DNA of 64,000 bases from Negaprion brevirostris (Eukaryota): NCBI GenBank assembly GCA_030324005.1, contig JARDVH010000031.1, positions 62,544,417-62,608,416 on the forward strand. The letters run 5' to 3'. Positions 41,636 through 54,215 of the stretch are shown in pieces. The position numbers and the translations under genes are program-made. The number at the start of each line of letters is the position of its first letter. The stretch's first letter is position 1. Below the pieces are notes generated by a model. That model was not told the DNA's origin, did no database searches, and worked only from the letters and a program-made list of their open reading frames with translations.

Positions 41636-41679
41636 CCTGTACCACAGTCCACCACACAGGCCGGTAATCTGCCTGCCAT
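41636..41679 (-). CDS. ACTR3: Actin-related protein 3, coding exon 1 (MAGRLPACVVDCGTG)
   Basis: ATG at 41679; the translation matches the Arp3 N-terminus (ACTR3-type MAGRLPA, not ACTR3B MAGSLPP); donor GG|GTAAGT; 44 nt. Confidence 0.97.
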
Positions 41680-41699
41680 TCTTCAAGCTGCTGCTTTTT

Positions 41700-42000
41700 T
41701 TCCGGCGTAGCGGCCGACTTTAAAATAAAATTTTAAAAAAACTGGGGGACGGGGGAGGGAGCCGATGCACCGGCAGCTACCTGACCATCAAAAGGCGGAA
41801 CCGTCGGCCACTCCGAGTCCGAGACACAACTTCCGCACTAGCAACCAAAATGGCGGCGGCCTCCGTTACGTTCGCTCCCTCCCCCTCCCTCCGCCCACAA
41901 TTTCTCCGCCCCGCCCACTTGGCACGGCCCCACCCCATTGGACCACACGCCGGCCTCTGCCGGCGGTTCATTGGCTTGTATCTCGCTTCCCCTCCTCCCT
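41700..42000. promoter_or_regulatory. CpG-rich TATA-less promoter and ACTR3 5'UTR, probably bidirectional
   Basis: GC/CpG-rich in an AT-rich background; ETS-like ACTTCCG 41829; YY1 CAAAATGGCGGC 41846-41857; GC boxes at 41891 and 41906-41916; minus-strand CCAAT boxes at 41937-41941 and 41970-41974. Confidence 0.85.
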
Positions 42001-42576
42001 NNNNNNNNNNNNNNNNNNNNNNNNNNNNNNNNNNNNNNNNNNNNNNNNNNNNNNNNNNNNNNNNNNNNNNNNNNNNNNNNNNNNNNNNNNNNNNNNNNNN
42101 NNNNNNNNNNNNNNNNNNNNNNNNNNNNNNNNNNNNNNNNNNNNNNNNNNNNNNNNNNNNNNNNNNNNNNNNNNNNNNNNNNNNNNNNNNNNNNNNNNNN
42201 NNNNNNNNNNNNNNNNNNNNNNNNNNNNNNNNNNNNNNNNNNNNNNNNNNNNNNNNNNNNNNNNNNNNNNNNNNNNNNNNNNNNNNNNNNNNNNNNNNNN
42301 NNNNNNNNNNNNNNNNNNNNNNNNNNNNNNNNNNNNNNNNNNNNNNNNNNNNNNNNNNNNNNNNNNNNNNNNNNNNNNNNNNNNNNNNNNNNNNNNNNNN
42401 NNNNNNNNNNNNNNNNNNNNNNNNNNNNNNNNNNNNNNNNNNNNNNNNNNNNNNNNNNNNNNNNNNNNNNNNNNNNNNNNNNNNNNNNNNNNNNNNNNNN
42501 NNNNNNNNNNNNNNNNNNNNNNNNNNNNNNNNNNNNNNNNNNNNNNNNNNNNNNNNNNNNNNNNNNNNNNNNNNNN

Positions 42577-42587
42577 CACGCACCAGG
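42577..42587 (+). other. Probable 3' end of an SLC35F5 upstream exon, mostly hidden in the gap
   Basis: CAGG|GTATGT donor immediately after the N-gap beside the CpG island; splicing to 54077 keeps an open frame (HAPG-LQM). Confidence 0.45.
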
Positions 42588-43049
42588 GTATGTAGACGTA
42601 TGTTGTTCGCTTTTTTTTTGTCTCGATGATCAATCGGGTTGACTATTACTCGATTTCATTTTATCATCATGGGTGTACGCGCAATACTTGTTTTAGCTGA
42701 GGTGAAATTTTTAAAAAAATCATTCTCCATTGAGGAGTTGACTAATCCCTGCTTCAGAATTACGTGTGTAACTTTTTAACCTTTGCCTGCCCTTTTGTTT
42801 TAATAGTTGGCATGGGAAATGTCATTGACTGCCCCAACTTGTGCATTGCAATGAAGCCACCTAGAACAAGCCAAGATCTTGACTGTCAGTTATAGACCTC
42901 TACTTTCTTGAGTCAGAATTGTGGATTGATGGCCCAATCTGGTTTTCTTGGGAATCATCAGGTGCAATGTCAAAATGGGCTGCCATGTTCGCTGATGCGT
43001 TTTGCCTCATTGGCATTGACCATTTTCATTTTTAATGCTTTAGTTTTAA

Positions 43050-44585
43050 GTTTATTTATTAGTCATAAATAGGCTACAATGAAGTTACTGTGAAAATCCC
43101 CTAGTCGCCACGTTCTAGTGCCTGTTCGGGTACAGTGAGGGAGAATTTAGCATGGCCAAAGCAGCTAACCAGCACACCTTTCAGACTGTGGGAGCACCTG
43201 GAGGAATCCCATGCAGATATGGGGAGAACATACAGACTCCCCAAGCTGGGAATTGAACTCAGGTCCCTGGCGCTGTGAGTGATGTAAAGTGTGGGTTGGT
43301 ACTTAAATATACCACTGAGACAACGTTGCACATGCAAGATGACAGGTTAAGATGTCAACCCTCTCAAGGGAATACAAAAGATCCCAACCTAAAGAGTTGT
43401 TTGAAGAAGGACAGGGAGTTCTACTTCAACATTTAAAAACAACATGATCAGGTCATATATATCATTGCTATTTGTGAGTCAGTACTGCACAAAACCTGGC
43501 TGCGGTGGATTCTACATTGCAGCATCAACTATAGTTGAGTGGCACTTCACTGGCTGCAAAATTTATTGCAATGTTCAGAGGTGAAAGGTGCTGTGTAGAT
43601 AAAGGTTTTATTTCTTTCTTCATGCATGCACTCGATTAGAAATTGAAAGTGTACTTGAAGAAAAAGTGCTGAAAAAGAACAGTTCCATTTCTTGTCTTTT
43701 ACTTATTAGAAGTTTCCAGTTACAAGGGTAGAATGAACACCTCATTTTGAAACTTAAATTTGTGTTGTTTTATAGAATCCCTGCAGTACAGAAGGAGGCT
43801 ATTTGGCCTATCCAGGCTGCACTGACAGCAATCCCACCCAGGCCCTATCCTCGTTACCACATGTATTTACCCTGCTAATCCCTCTGATACTAAGGGTCAA
43901 TTTAGCATGGCTAATCGACCTAACCTGCACATTTTTGGGCTGTGGGAAGAAACATAGCACCCGGAGGAAATCTACGCAGACATGAGGAGAATATGCAAAC
44001 TCCACACAGACAGTGACATGAGGCCGGAATTGAACTCAGGTCCCTGGTGCTGTGAGGCCTCAGTGCTAGCCACTCTATTTAGAAAGTATCTTATTAGACC
44101 ATCATATAATTATGTTTCATTATACGGATCTCAAATTCACAAGAGCAGCAAACAAATTTAATTCACCTCTGCCTTCATTTAACAATCTTCAATTTCCAGC
44201 TTGGATCACTGTCTGTGCGGGGTCTGCACGTTCTCCCCATATCTGCATGGGTTTCCTCCAGGTGCTCTGGTTTCCTCCAAAAATGTGAAGGTTCGGTGGA
44301 TTGACTATGCTAAATTCTCCCACAATGTGCTCAAACGGATGCCAGAGCGTGGCAACTAGGGAATTTTCACAGTAACTTCATCTTCACATTCCTAGTGATT
44401 TTTTGTTCAATCCTCTCTGCACAAATCTATAGCATCATTGAAGTATTTAGTTAAATGTAGATAGTAGGTGCATTGGCCATGTGTAATTCTCCCTCAGAAC
44501 ATGCACTGAAGTGTGGCGATGAGAGAATTTTCACAGTAATTTCATTGTAGAGTTAATGTTAACCTACTTGTGACACTAATAAAAA
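43050..44585. repeat. SINE cluster: V-SINE 43050-43280(-), DeuSINE 43290-43615(+), V-SINE 43771-44075(-), V-SINE 44195-44385(+) and 44465-44585(+)
   Basis: Recognisable V-domain copies; Deu-domain aaaagatccc..gaagaaggacagggagttct..gtgaaaggtgct. Confidence 0.8.
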
Positions 44586-46607
44586 GATAAATTTTAATGT
44601 AGACATGTAATACAGTAGAAATTTAATATGTGCCTGTGCAGCATCATTTATTGTTAAGTAATGTGACGTGTTTTGAAAATGTTAGTTTAGATTGAATTGC
44701 TCAATTCAGCAACAACTTGCATTGTATTAAAGTTTCAAGTTGCTTTCAAAAATGGGTGCTGAAAAGTAACCAAGAAAACTTAGGTTGGTGATTTAAGGCA
44801 CATTTGAAAAGATATGCGCTGAGGAAAATTGTTGGGGACAAGTTGGAGAGGTTTAGGGAGAGAATTCCAGACTATGGGACCAAGAATGTCTTGTCAGTAT
44901 TGGAGGGTGAAGTACAAAAGAAGATCAGCAAGTATTGGCTGTAATAGAATATTGTCTCTAATTTGCAAAATGTGATTCTACACTATGGTTGAGAATTTAT
45001 TGAAAAGATTTTTAAATTAGTATCATGGCCAGTCCACTTACTTTATGAACTGAGAATTCTCATTGCATTAATTTTTGAGGTATCATGCATGACTGATGCA
45101 ACCGAGTTAATAATAGAGTGGCATGCAAAACTAAACAGTGTGATGCATCTTCTCATGATTTACTGACTTTTATGGTTAAATTGCCATATTGTAGCTCTAT
45201 AAAGTACTGTATCTATTATCTATATTCTCATGTTAAAATTAATCCAGATTTTTTTACTTTTAACATCTAGTCCCCACTATTATCCAAGTAATTTTTGAAA
45301 GCCATTCAGTTCACAGCAAGGTCTCACTAACAGCAAATTTATGAATTATTTATTTTTTCTATTTTGGTTGTGGAACTAATGTTGGCTGTGATGTTGGGAA
45401 AACTGTTTGTTCTTGAAATAGTGTCATGTACATTCATCTCACCAAAAGACCTTTTAATATGTCATCCAAATGACAACACCTCTAACAATGCACCATTGAA
45501 ATGTGAGCTTAGGTTATATGGTCCAGTCGTCCTGAGGCTTCAAATAGTTTACTTGGCAAAAAATTATCAAATCCAACTTGATCCCATTTCTGATTACAGT
45601 TTTAACTTAAAAGTTAAAACATATGAATTCCAGTTTTTCAATCTGATTTTTTTCTATTTGAGAATTCAAAATTGTGCTGATCAGGATGTTTGAACAAATA
45701 ACCAATGGAGATTTATGTTGAAACGCTTAATAACTACCTTGTTTTGGTGTTAGACCAGTTCCAGTAACTGCCACCTATTTTGAAAATGGCATGGGATATT
45801 TGCAACCTACACATATTTTCTCGTAATTTGAGTGTGTTAGAGTCCAGAAGACATACATCAGCAGAAATCATAAGGTCTTATCATAAAATTTCAAAACCTC
45901 AAGTTGGATATCTTCAAAAACAAAATACTAACTAGAACTAGAGTAACACAGTTTTACCTATTGCTAAATACAATCCAGTCCACAGTCAAAATGGTGAACT
46001 TTACATTATTGATTCTTGCAATCTGCATAAGCTGAGAAGGTAGGGCAGCCAAAATGACCTCAGTTACTTCGCAGTCGGTTAAAAAGAAGTTCAGTTGCAG
46101 GAAGAGCAATCATTTCTGCATATCCTCCCTCTAGTGTTTTGTGAGCTTTTGTAATCATTGTTGTGTTGTTTAGAAAATGCTCATTGTCAAATATTAAGTT
46201 GCTTAGCTAACAAATGGCTGTGTTTGCTTGTTTAGCAAAGCTAACAGTCTTCTGCCAAATTGAGTGTGAATCTATGTATCTTAAAATAATGCGCATTAAT
46301 AATTTTAACCTATTTGAAAAAAATGTCATTCCTAAATATCTGATGCAAAATTAACCCTAATTGTCACAACTTTAGGTTGTAAGAACTTGATTTAGGATGG
46401 TTTATCTTTTGTTCCTTTACCTTTTTTTATTTTGTAACCCCCTGTAGGGTGGAGGTTCCCCGTGATAAATGTAAGTTGTTTCTTCAAAGGATTGCACCAC
46501 ACATGATGGTTGTTAAAACATGTTGATTATGACTCATGTTAGCAAGTAACCAATGACCATTGTGCAGTATCTTATTCTAAATAAGGCAGTATTTGGTAGA
46601 ATAGAAT

Positions 46608-46921
46608 AATAGATTCCTTACAGTGCAGAAGTAGGCCATTTGGCCCATCGAATATACAGTAACAACAATCCGACCCAGGTCCTATCCGTGTAACCCCACG
46701 TATTTATCCTGCTGGTCCTCCTGTCACTAAGGGGCAATTTAGCATGGCCAATCAACTTAACTTGCATATCTTTGGCGCATGGGAGGAAACCAGAACACCT
46801 AGAGGAATCCTAGGCATAGGTGGGGAGAATGTGCAAACTCCATGTAGACAGTGACTCAAGCCCGGAATTGAATCAGGGCCCTGGGCACTGTGAGGCAGCA
46901 ATGCTGACCACTCTGCCATCA
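46608..46921 (-). repeat. HE1/V-SINE-like SINE
   Basis: Full head, V-domain and tail. Confidence 0.88.
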
Positions 46922-49900
46922 CACCTGTGACAGCCTTTGAATATTTCATCACTACATGAAGGTATTTTCCTTCAATTAAACTACAAGATTATTTGCTACT
47001 TAAGGGCAAATTATAAAGTAATAGAAGTATAAAAATGCACAAAATGTATATTTTTTATTCACTATTTTCCCAATTCATGTGTTTGGTATATTGTTTGCAC
47101 TTTTGTTGAAATGGAACAACTTCATCTTATTCTCCTTTATCTAAGCTGTTAAGTATTCTAATAATACCAGGTTCGTGAAAGCTAAATTCTCCATGTGTAT
47201 ACAAAATCAATAGTTAAAGTACTTTTGTGTTCAGAAAGGTGAGAAATGAAATGGAACCCTTACCCTTTCAGATCAGGTTAAAATGCTCTCTGGTCAGGAA
47301 TAGTACATCTGGATTCATAAAAAAAAGCCCCAACATTGTGCCTCAGCCCCAATCTCAAAAGAGCAGCCCTAACTGCATCCATGTGGCACTTCTCCATTTT
47401 TCACATCCTGTGGCCTCTCCGAGTGAATTTTCAAATGAGTTCTAAAGTAAGGCTAGTTTTGTGCAGTAGGTCCAGTTCCACGTAGAACTATACTGAGGCT
47501 ACTCAGGCTCATTTTACAGGGCCCCCTCTTAGCCAGCAAGCAGCTGAAACTTTTATCTCATCAGTCTGCATTAGATTTGAACCTAGGTCTCAAAAATGAA
47601 TGATCATACAATTGGAATCTTATTTTATGCTTTCAACAAGGTGAGGCTCTTTTAATTTTCTGGGATACATCTAGAATTTAATGAATTGGGAAACAAATGT
47701 TTGGATTATGCATTGCAAAAACAATTTATTTTCTGATTTAGATGTAGCTCTATAGTCTAAGAAAACAAATTTAAGTAAGAGTGTTTTTTGCTATTGAACA
47801 TAAATTTTAAGTTATAAGAAGTTTTTTGCTATTGAACATTAAAGTTAATTAGACTTTGGCAGAGGCCTGGTTCTGACAATTAATATCTTTTATAAACTTG
47901 AATTTGATTATGTTTTATTGGTAAACTTAAAGACTAAATAACTATAAAAATTTTGTGGGTGCTTAATCTGACTTTTTTTTTATTCGGAAGTATAGAGGTA
48001 CAACAAAATTCAAGGAAACTTTCAATGTATATACCTGTTCATAAAATGACTCATCTCTAGAAAGAACTCTGTTCCCCAACTTTACAGATAAAATACTCGA
48101 AAATCAATCAATCACCCATACTCATACTCCATGTTTGTCTTTTTGGGAATTCTATCGCAGCTGCGTATGGATGGGGAGCACAAGGGAAAGCAGGGAGAGC
48201 TGGACACCAGGAGTGAAGTAAGCTGTCCTATTGATTCCAGAATAGGCAGGAGTGGAATTGGGCCAATAGCAGGTGAGTGGACACTCCAGGGGGAGATTCA
48301 TCAATATCCTTTGCAGTAAGTGTTGTATATAGTCCCTTGTGATTTTTCCAAAAGTTAAATAAAGTTAGTCAAACTATTGGCAATGCCTTTACAAAATCCA
48401 TGCAGAGTGACTGTGATTAACCCATAAATTACAAATATTCCTTAATTTCTGAAAGTGGACCCTTAGCTGAAGTAAAACAAATTACCTATTGGAAACAACT
48501 ATATCGATATCGCTGGGTCAAAAACCTGAAACTCTCTCCCTAGCAACATTTGTTGGTGTACCAACACCACATGAGCTGCAGCAGTTCAAGAATGTGGCTC
48601 ACCAACACCTCCTCAAGGGCATTAGAGACAGTTTGAAAAGATTCACGGATTATCTTCTGTTCTGAGAATTTTGAGTGTTATAGGGAAAGGGCAAGTGATT
48701 GGGGTTAACTGGCTAACTCTTTCTAAAAGTCAGCATAGCAAGATGGACAAATGGCCTTCTTCATGCTGTATAATTCCATGATTCTCTCTGAGAACATAGC
48801 ACAGCTCAGTTTTGAAGATATGCAGTTTGGAGCAGTGAGTTACTTGAGTTGTTGTAGAAAGGTCTGACTCACAATTTTAATGTGCAACATTTCAAACTTC
48901 CTCAGCTTTGGTACGAAACAATCTTCAAAAGGGAACTTATTGTCATTTTATTGGCAAAATTCTCATCTCCGAATAGTCTTTGAAAAATATGACTAATCTT
49001 GCCAAATTGGTCTCATTATGTTGGGGTTCACAGAAGACCCAGGTTAGCGACATTTCTATTTGTAATGCCAATGACTCTTTGTTAAATGCAGTCTCTTAAA
49101 TATAACAAAGCTTTTCCACACCCTCCAAACACAAGTCTAGAGCCATTGTTTCACCTTAATTTGTAAATATTGAGATGAAAGATTTATGAAGGATTTTCAA
49201 AATTCCCTTTATCCCTTTTTTTTGAATAATCCCATCACTTAACAGCTTTTATAACAATGGCTTTTGTTAATTCCATTTTATGTTGATCATTAGTATATTT
49301 CATGCTCCCTTTTTTGGGCATCCTGTTACTCAGTTTTTAAACTTTTGCATTCCTTATATTTATCATTTGATTAAAGTAGTGTTTGCATATATCAGATGCA
49401 TAATATGGTTCAAAAAAGAGTGTTCTAGGAAATTTTCCAGTTATTAACAATGATGTAGATACTTTTTGAATATTTTGATAGAATATGTTTCTTATGTGTA
49501 AAATACTGTCTAAGTTACTGCTTCGAGGACCTTTGGAGTAATATGCTTCAGACATCAAAATCTACTCTGTCAGGGTTATAGTTTACTGTCACTGCAAGTC
49601 TCAGCTGAAGTTAGCATCTCTACACTATTGTAAATCAGTTTGGTTTTAACTAACTTACGTTTGTTTAATGTAGGTGAAACACAAGTAAGATTTGACATGG
49701 TGAGGACAAGAGACTGAAAGAATAAAATATCTTCATTTAGACTCAAGGAGCTGGCTTTATGAAAAAGTATTTGAGGTAACCTAAACAAAAATATTTATAT
49801 TTTTTACCTACTCAAAACAACCATATTGATATCATTGGGTTAAAAACCTGAAACTGTCTCCCTAGTAACATTTGTTGGTATACCAACACCACATGAGCTG

Positions 49901-51899
49901 CAGCAGTTCAAGAGTGTGGCTCACCACCACCTCCTCAAGGGCATTAGGGACAGACAATAAATGATGACCTTGCCAACAACATTCACATCCAAAAAACAAA
50001 TTAAAAAAAACAAAAATTTGCATGGGTATTGCTATTTTTGTTTAATATTTTCTGCAACAAGTTTTTTTTTAATCCTAAAGAGACAGTGATTCTAAATTAC
50101 TTTCAGATTTCATTTGGATTTGTTTGTGGATAGTTTGCTGCTGGAGTATAGTTGTGATATTTAGCAGCTGACTCGTCCTGTCCTTAAACCACTACAATTA
50201 ATAGGTATGAAAATGTAGCGGACAGTTGTATCAGCTTTGAAATTTCAAGCTTTAAGTGGCTGGCTTTTTTTTAAATAGCATTAACGATAACAGTGGAAAG
50301 CTTGAATTATGAGGTCACAGAATAATTGGATACCTTCCTCTGCAAGAATTCAAGGAACTCACTACTGTATGCTGTGAAAGCCTGCAAACTATACTTCCCC
50401 AGAACACATGCAATTATGGAATACCACAGCATAGTTGGAGGCCATGCATCCCATCATTCCAATATAAGCTCTGTGAAAGAGCTCTCCAATTAGCTCCACT
50501 CCCTTGTCCTTTCTCCATAACGCTGCAAATTTTCTCCTTCGAGCTTGTTTCAACTATTTTTCCATTGAAGCTTTTTGAAACCAGGAGGGGACTTAAGATG
50601 ATTAATGTACTAAATAAATATAATTGCTGAAACAAGCTGTTTAGTCATTAAGTTTGTATGCCGATTAAAACAGTTAGACAACATAAAAGATGCCATATAA
50701 TTTGACAGCTGTTATTTCACCTTGAGTGATAATCATTTAGCTATTCCATACATAAGTTAATATGGTATAAGGTACCAACCAACCCAGAAAACACTTCAAA
50801 AAGATCCTCCAAGAGTAAAGAGTGACTTCTTGTCTCGTCTTCATATTCCCTATTGTTTCATTAATATTGTCCTCGATGCCATGTATAATGCATAGCTGGC
50901 CTGACTTTTATAGTTAAAAAGAAATAAGCAGTAAGCACTTGTATTAATATTGCACTCAGGTCACACTACAGCTTCTGCGTCACTCTTATCTATCAACAAG
51001 GGAGCTCATCAATATGTAGGTCTTAGCTTTAGGTCTCGACCAACATTAAAAATAATGAATGTTCTAGGAACACATTGAAGTTGCACCCAACTGCAGTTTT
51101 ACTGCACACATTGCAATGCAAAATCTGTAAAAGGGTAAAGTCACTATAGTGCCAGATGACCTTAGGCTTTGAGGGAGAGAGCTGACTGGTAGTGATTTAA
51201 TCTGAGGATCAGCTGCAGAAGTGATTTCACATTATTGCCTATAGAGTTGTCAGGAGCGAGATAACCAGTATCACTGCCACACCATGTTACGAATTTTGCA
51301 CCAGTGCACATCCAAAGTTGCTTTGCGCCAATAAAGAAATGCAAGCAGAACCAGGTGAAAGCACTCCCAACAACCACAGAGTAGAAGGAGTGTTAGAATG
51401 TAACCAGTGACAACTTTGTATTGGATGTTATGTAACCGATGGGAACAAGATGAAAGGGTCAGCTGACCCAGTAAACCATGGAAGCAATTAGAGTGATGAA
51501 ATAGTCACTATAGTGATTCACTATAAATAAAGAACAGTGTAGAATTGTGGGGAACTTGGAGTGGCCCAGGGCGAGGCCCCAAGTTTGAAGTAATGATGTT
51601 TCTTTATTAAATCTTTTCTTTGATTTATAAATTGGACTAAGTTTTGCTATATTTTTGTTAGCTGTATTTTGAAGAGTTCCTGCTGATGAGACAAGGAGGA
51701 CACACAGACAACAGATGAGAGGCTTGCAGAACTCTATATAGAATTAATTATCTTTGAAATGCAGACTCAAACATGAAAGCCATTATACAGTCTAGGATTC
51801 TGAAGGATAATACTCAATTTCCATAGGTTGATGTTTGCCAACATTACTTTTTTCCATTAATTAATGTTAATGTATAAAATTAATGTAAGCAAGATATTA

Positions 51900-52490
51900 G
51901 TAATGGAGAAATTAATGGCTACAGAATGCAAAACTCCCACAACTAGCTAGTTTCCACCCAAGAGTTTTAAACCAAATTGCTAGAATGATAGACTAACTCC
52001 AAGGATTATATTATGGAGAGAGAGTACACAATCTAGGGTTGTTCTGTAAAAAACTTAAAGTTAAAGAGTGAGACAATTTATAGTCTTCAAGATGTTAGGA
52101 ACTGATAGGGTAGATGATGAGAACCACTTCCACTAATTGGGGAGTCTAGAACTAAGTTTCATAATGCAAAAAAAAGCCAGACCTTTCAAGAGTGAAATTA
52201 GGAAGCACCTCTACATACAAATAGGGGAGGGCAAAAAGTGCTGGCCCAGCCAATGATGCCCACATCCCATGATGGAATAAAACATACAATGTGTCGTGAA
52301 AGTTTGGAACTCTCAAAATTGGCAATTGATACTACATCAATTGTTAATTTTAAAATTATGCTTGATAGAGTTTTGTGAGCCAAAGGCTTTATGGGATATG
52401 GGACAAAACAGAGTATGTGGAACTAGGTTGTATATCAACCATGTTCATTGAATTGAGCTTGAGAGGCTATATTACCTACTTCTGTTCATA
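51900..52490 (+). mobile_element. Degenerate CR1 3' portion
   Basis: Remnants of RT and 3' UTR motifs. Confidence 0.6.
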
Positions 52491-54076
52491 GGCTGTTTTA
52501 AAGTGGCCATTAATGTTGAAAGAGGTCTACTTGTATGCCCTTCTCACAGTCTATGTCCCTGTTTGCAGACCACTTCCTCCCAGAAATAATGCTCCATTTG
52601 TAGCATGACCTGAAAGAACATGTACTTTAGTTCCTTCAATCACTGTTGGTAGATCTGTAAGTCAGATGTTATGGCACGGGAGATGGTATACTCCATGTTG
52701 CCCGAATCCCAAAGGGAAATGTGGAACAAGCTGCCATATCAGTTTGTAACTTAAATATTGTGAGAAGTTATCTGAATCAAGATATGTCAACTCCAGACCA
52801 CATGTGATGATTTTAAATTTAAATTTTGACACTTATTAAAAATCAAGAAACAAAACATTTAAGGACACAAGAACATCTTTACACAATTAGCAGTACGTTA
52901 CGGACACTTCCTAAAATATGTTGGGTTAAATAACCTCAAACCCTCTTTTGATGGCAGCAGTCATTATAGATTTTCTCATCTGCGAACTTCTCATAACATT
53001 ACCACACAATGCTCTACTGCACTGGAGAAATCTCATACAGATTCTCCTTTTTCTGAGAATGGCGGCAAAACTGCTGTTTGGTCTGGCTTCAGTGCACACT
53101 GTCTTAGTCAAGATCTCTCAGCCACGCACACAACCTTCAGTTTCATTTTAAATATGATTTTTCCCTTTGACCTCCCACTTTATTATTTCTAAATCCTTTG
53201 AGAAGCTCCTTTTCCCAGAATCGATCAACCCTTTTTGTGTTACATTGTGAAGACTATATTTATAAAGTAAACTTACTATTTTGCCTTATGACCTCACAAT
53301 TGTATGTTCCCTTTGAAATCCAACAACAACTTTAAAATCACTTTTCCTACCTATCAGGTGTAAATTCCTGGTCAAGCTGGTTCTCTGGCCCCCTGTTCAT
53401 TAATATTTCAACCACTTGCCTTTACGTCCTTTATTGATATTTGAACTTTGCTAACTATAGCCAGCTTAACCAAACCAGTTACACCCATACTGTCACACAT
53501 GAGCATTTTCCTAGTGTATGATACATTAACAATGATATTGCAAAAAATATTAAGACCTCTCATTTTTCTCATACGGGGAAGTAATCCTGTATGCCCAAAT
53601 TGCCAATGAAAGTACAAATGTAGGAAGAAATGGGAAAGGGTGAGCGGAAGCACAAAGAAAGCAAGGATAAAGAAAGATAAATTATAAAGGTGGATGGGGA
53701 AAGCTGAGAATGGGAATGGGAGCAATATAGGAGAGAGGAAAAATCAGGTGATAAGGGAGATATGAGACCAACAGAAAGGAACTGAAAACAGTCATGACAA
53801 CATAAAAACCAGAGAAGCAGGGAAATGTCAGGAGAAGAGGGAGTGATCGTCCCAAGAAGGAAAATTCAAACAGATAAGTGACAAAGAGAAATAATGGAAN
53901 NNNNNNNNNNNNNNNNNNNNNNNNNNTGTTTATGTGGGTTACAACAGAGAAACAAATCAAATGAACAAAGACAAAATTCTACAGTAAAAGAGCAAACAAA
54001 AATGAGATTAGAGAGAGTTCAAAGTCAGATCAAATAAATATTTGATATTTACTGTAAAATGATTTGTTTTCAAAAG

Positions 54077-54215
54077 ATTACAAATGGTGTGGCTGTTTAT
54101 CATGAATCGAATGAACTCGCAGAGCAGTTCTCCTCAGCGACGGCGTATGATCCTTGGAATTATTATTCTGTTGATTGTCGATATCATCTGGGTTGTATCA
54201 TCTGAGCTTACCTCA
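54077..54215 (+). CDS. SLC35F5: Solute carrier family 35 member F5, first visible coding exon ([46 protein letters not shown]); ATG at 54084 may be the start
   Basis: Acceptor ttttcaaaAG, donor GTGAGT; matches the recalled SLC35F5 motif MNRMNSQ..QRRRMALG..DVIWVASSELTS (first TM helix). Confidence 0.92.

Noticed and set aside
41765-42642. Several 220-276 aa ORFs, including MAAASVTFAP.. at 41850
   Set aside because: Their length comes from Ns; the ATG is part of the YY1 motif and I recognise no protein homology
47767-47839. Two-unit ~36-38 bp tandem repeat
   Set aside because: A simple local duplication with no spacers; not CRISPR-like
52667-53243. Possible solo LTR (TG...CA)
   Set aside because: No target-site duplication or second copy; support is insufficient
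53600-54020. Purine-rich tract giving hydrophobic minus-strand ORFs
   Set aside because: Low-complexity sequence, not a membrane-protein gene
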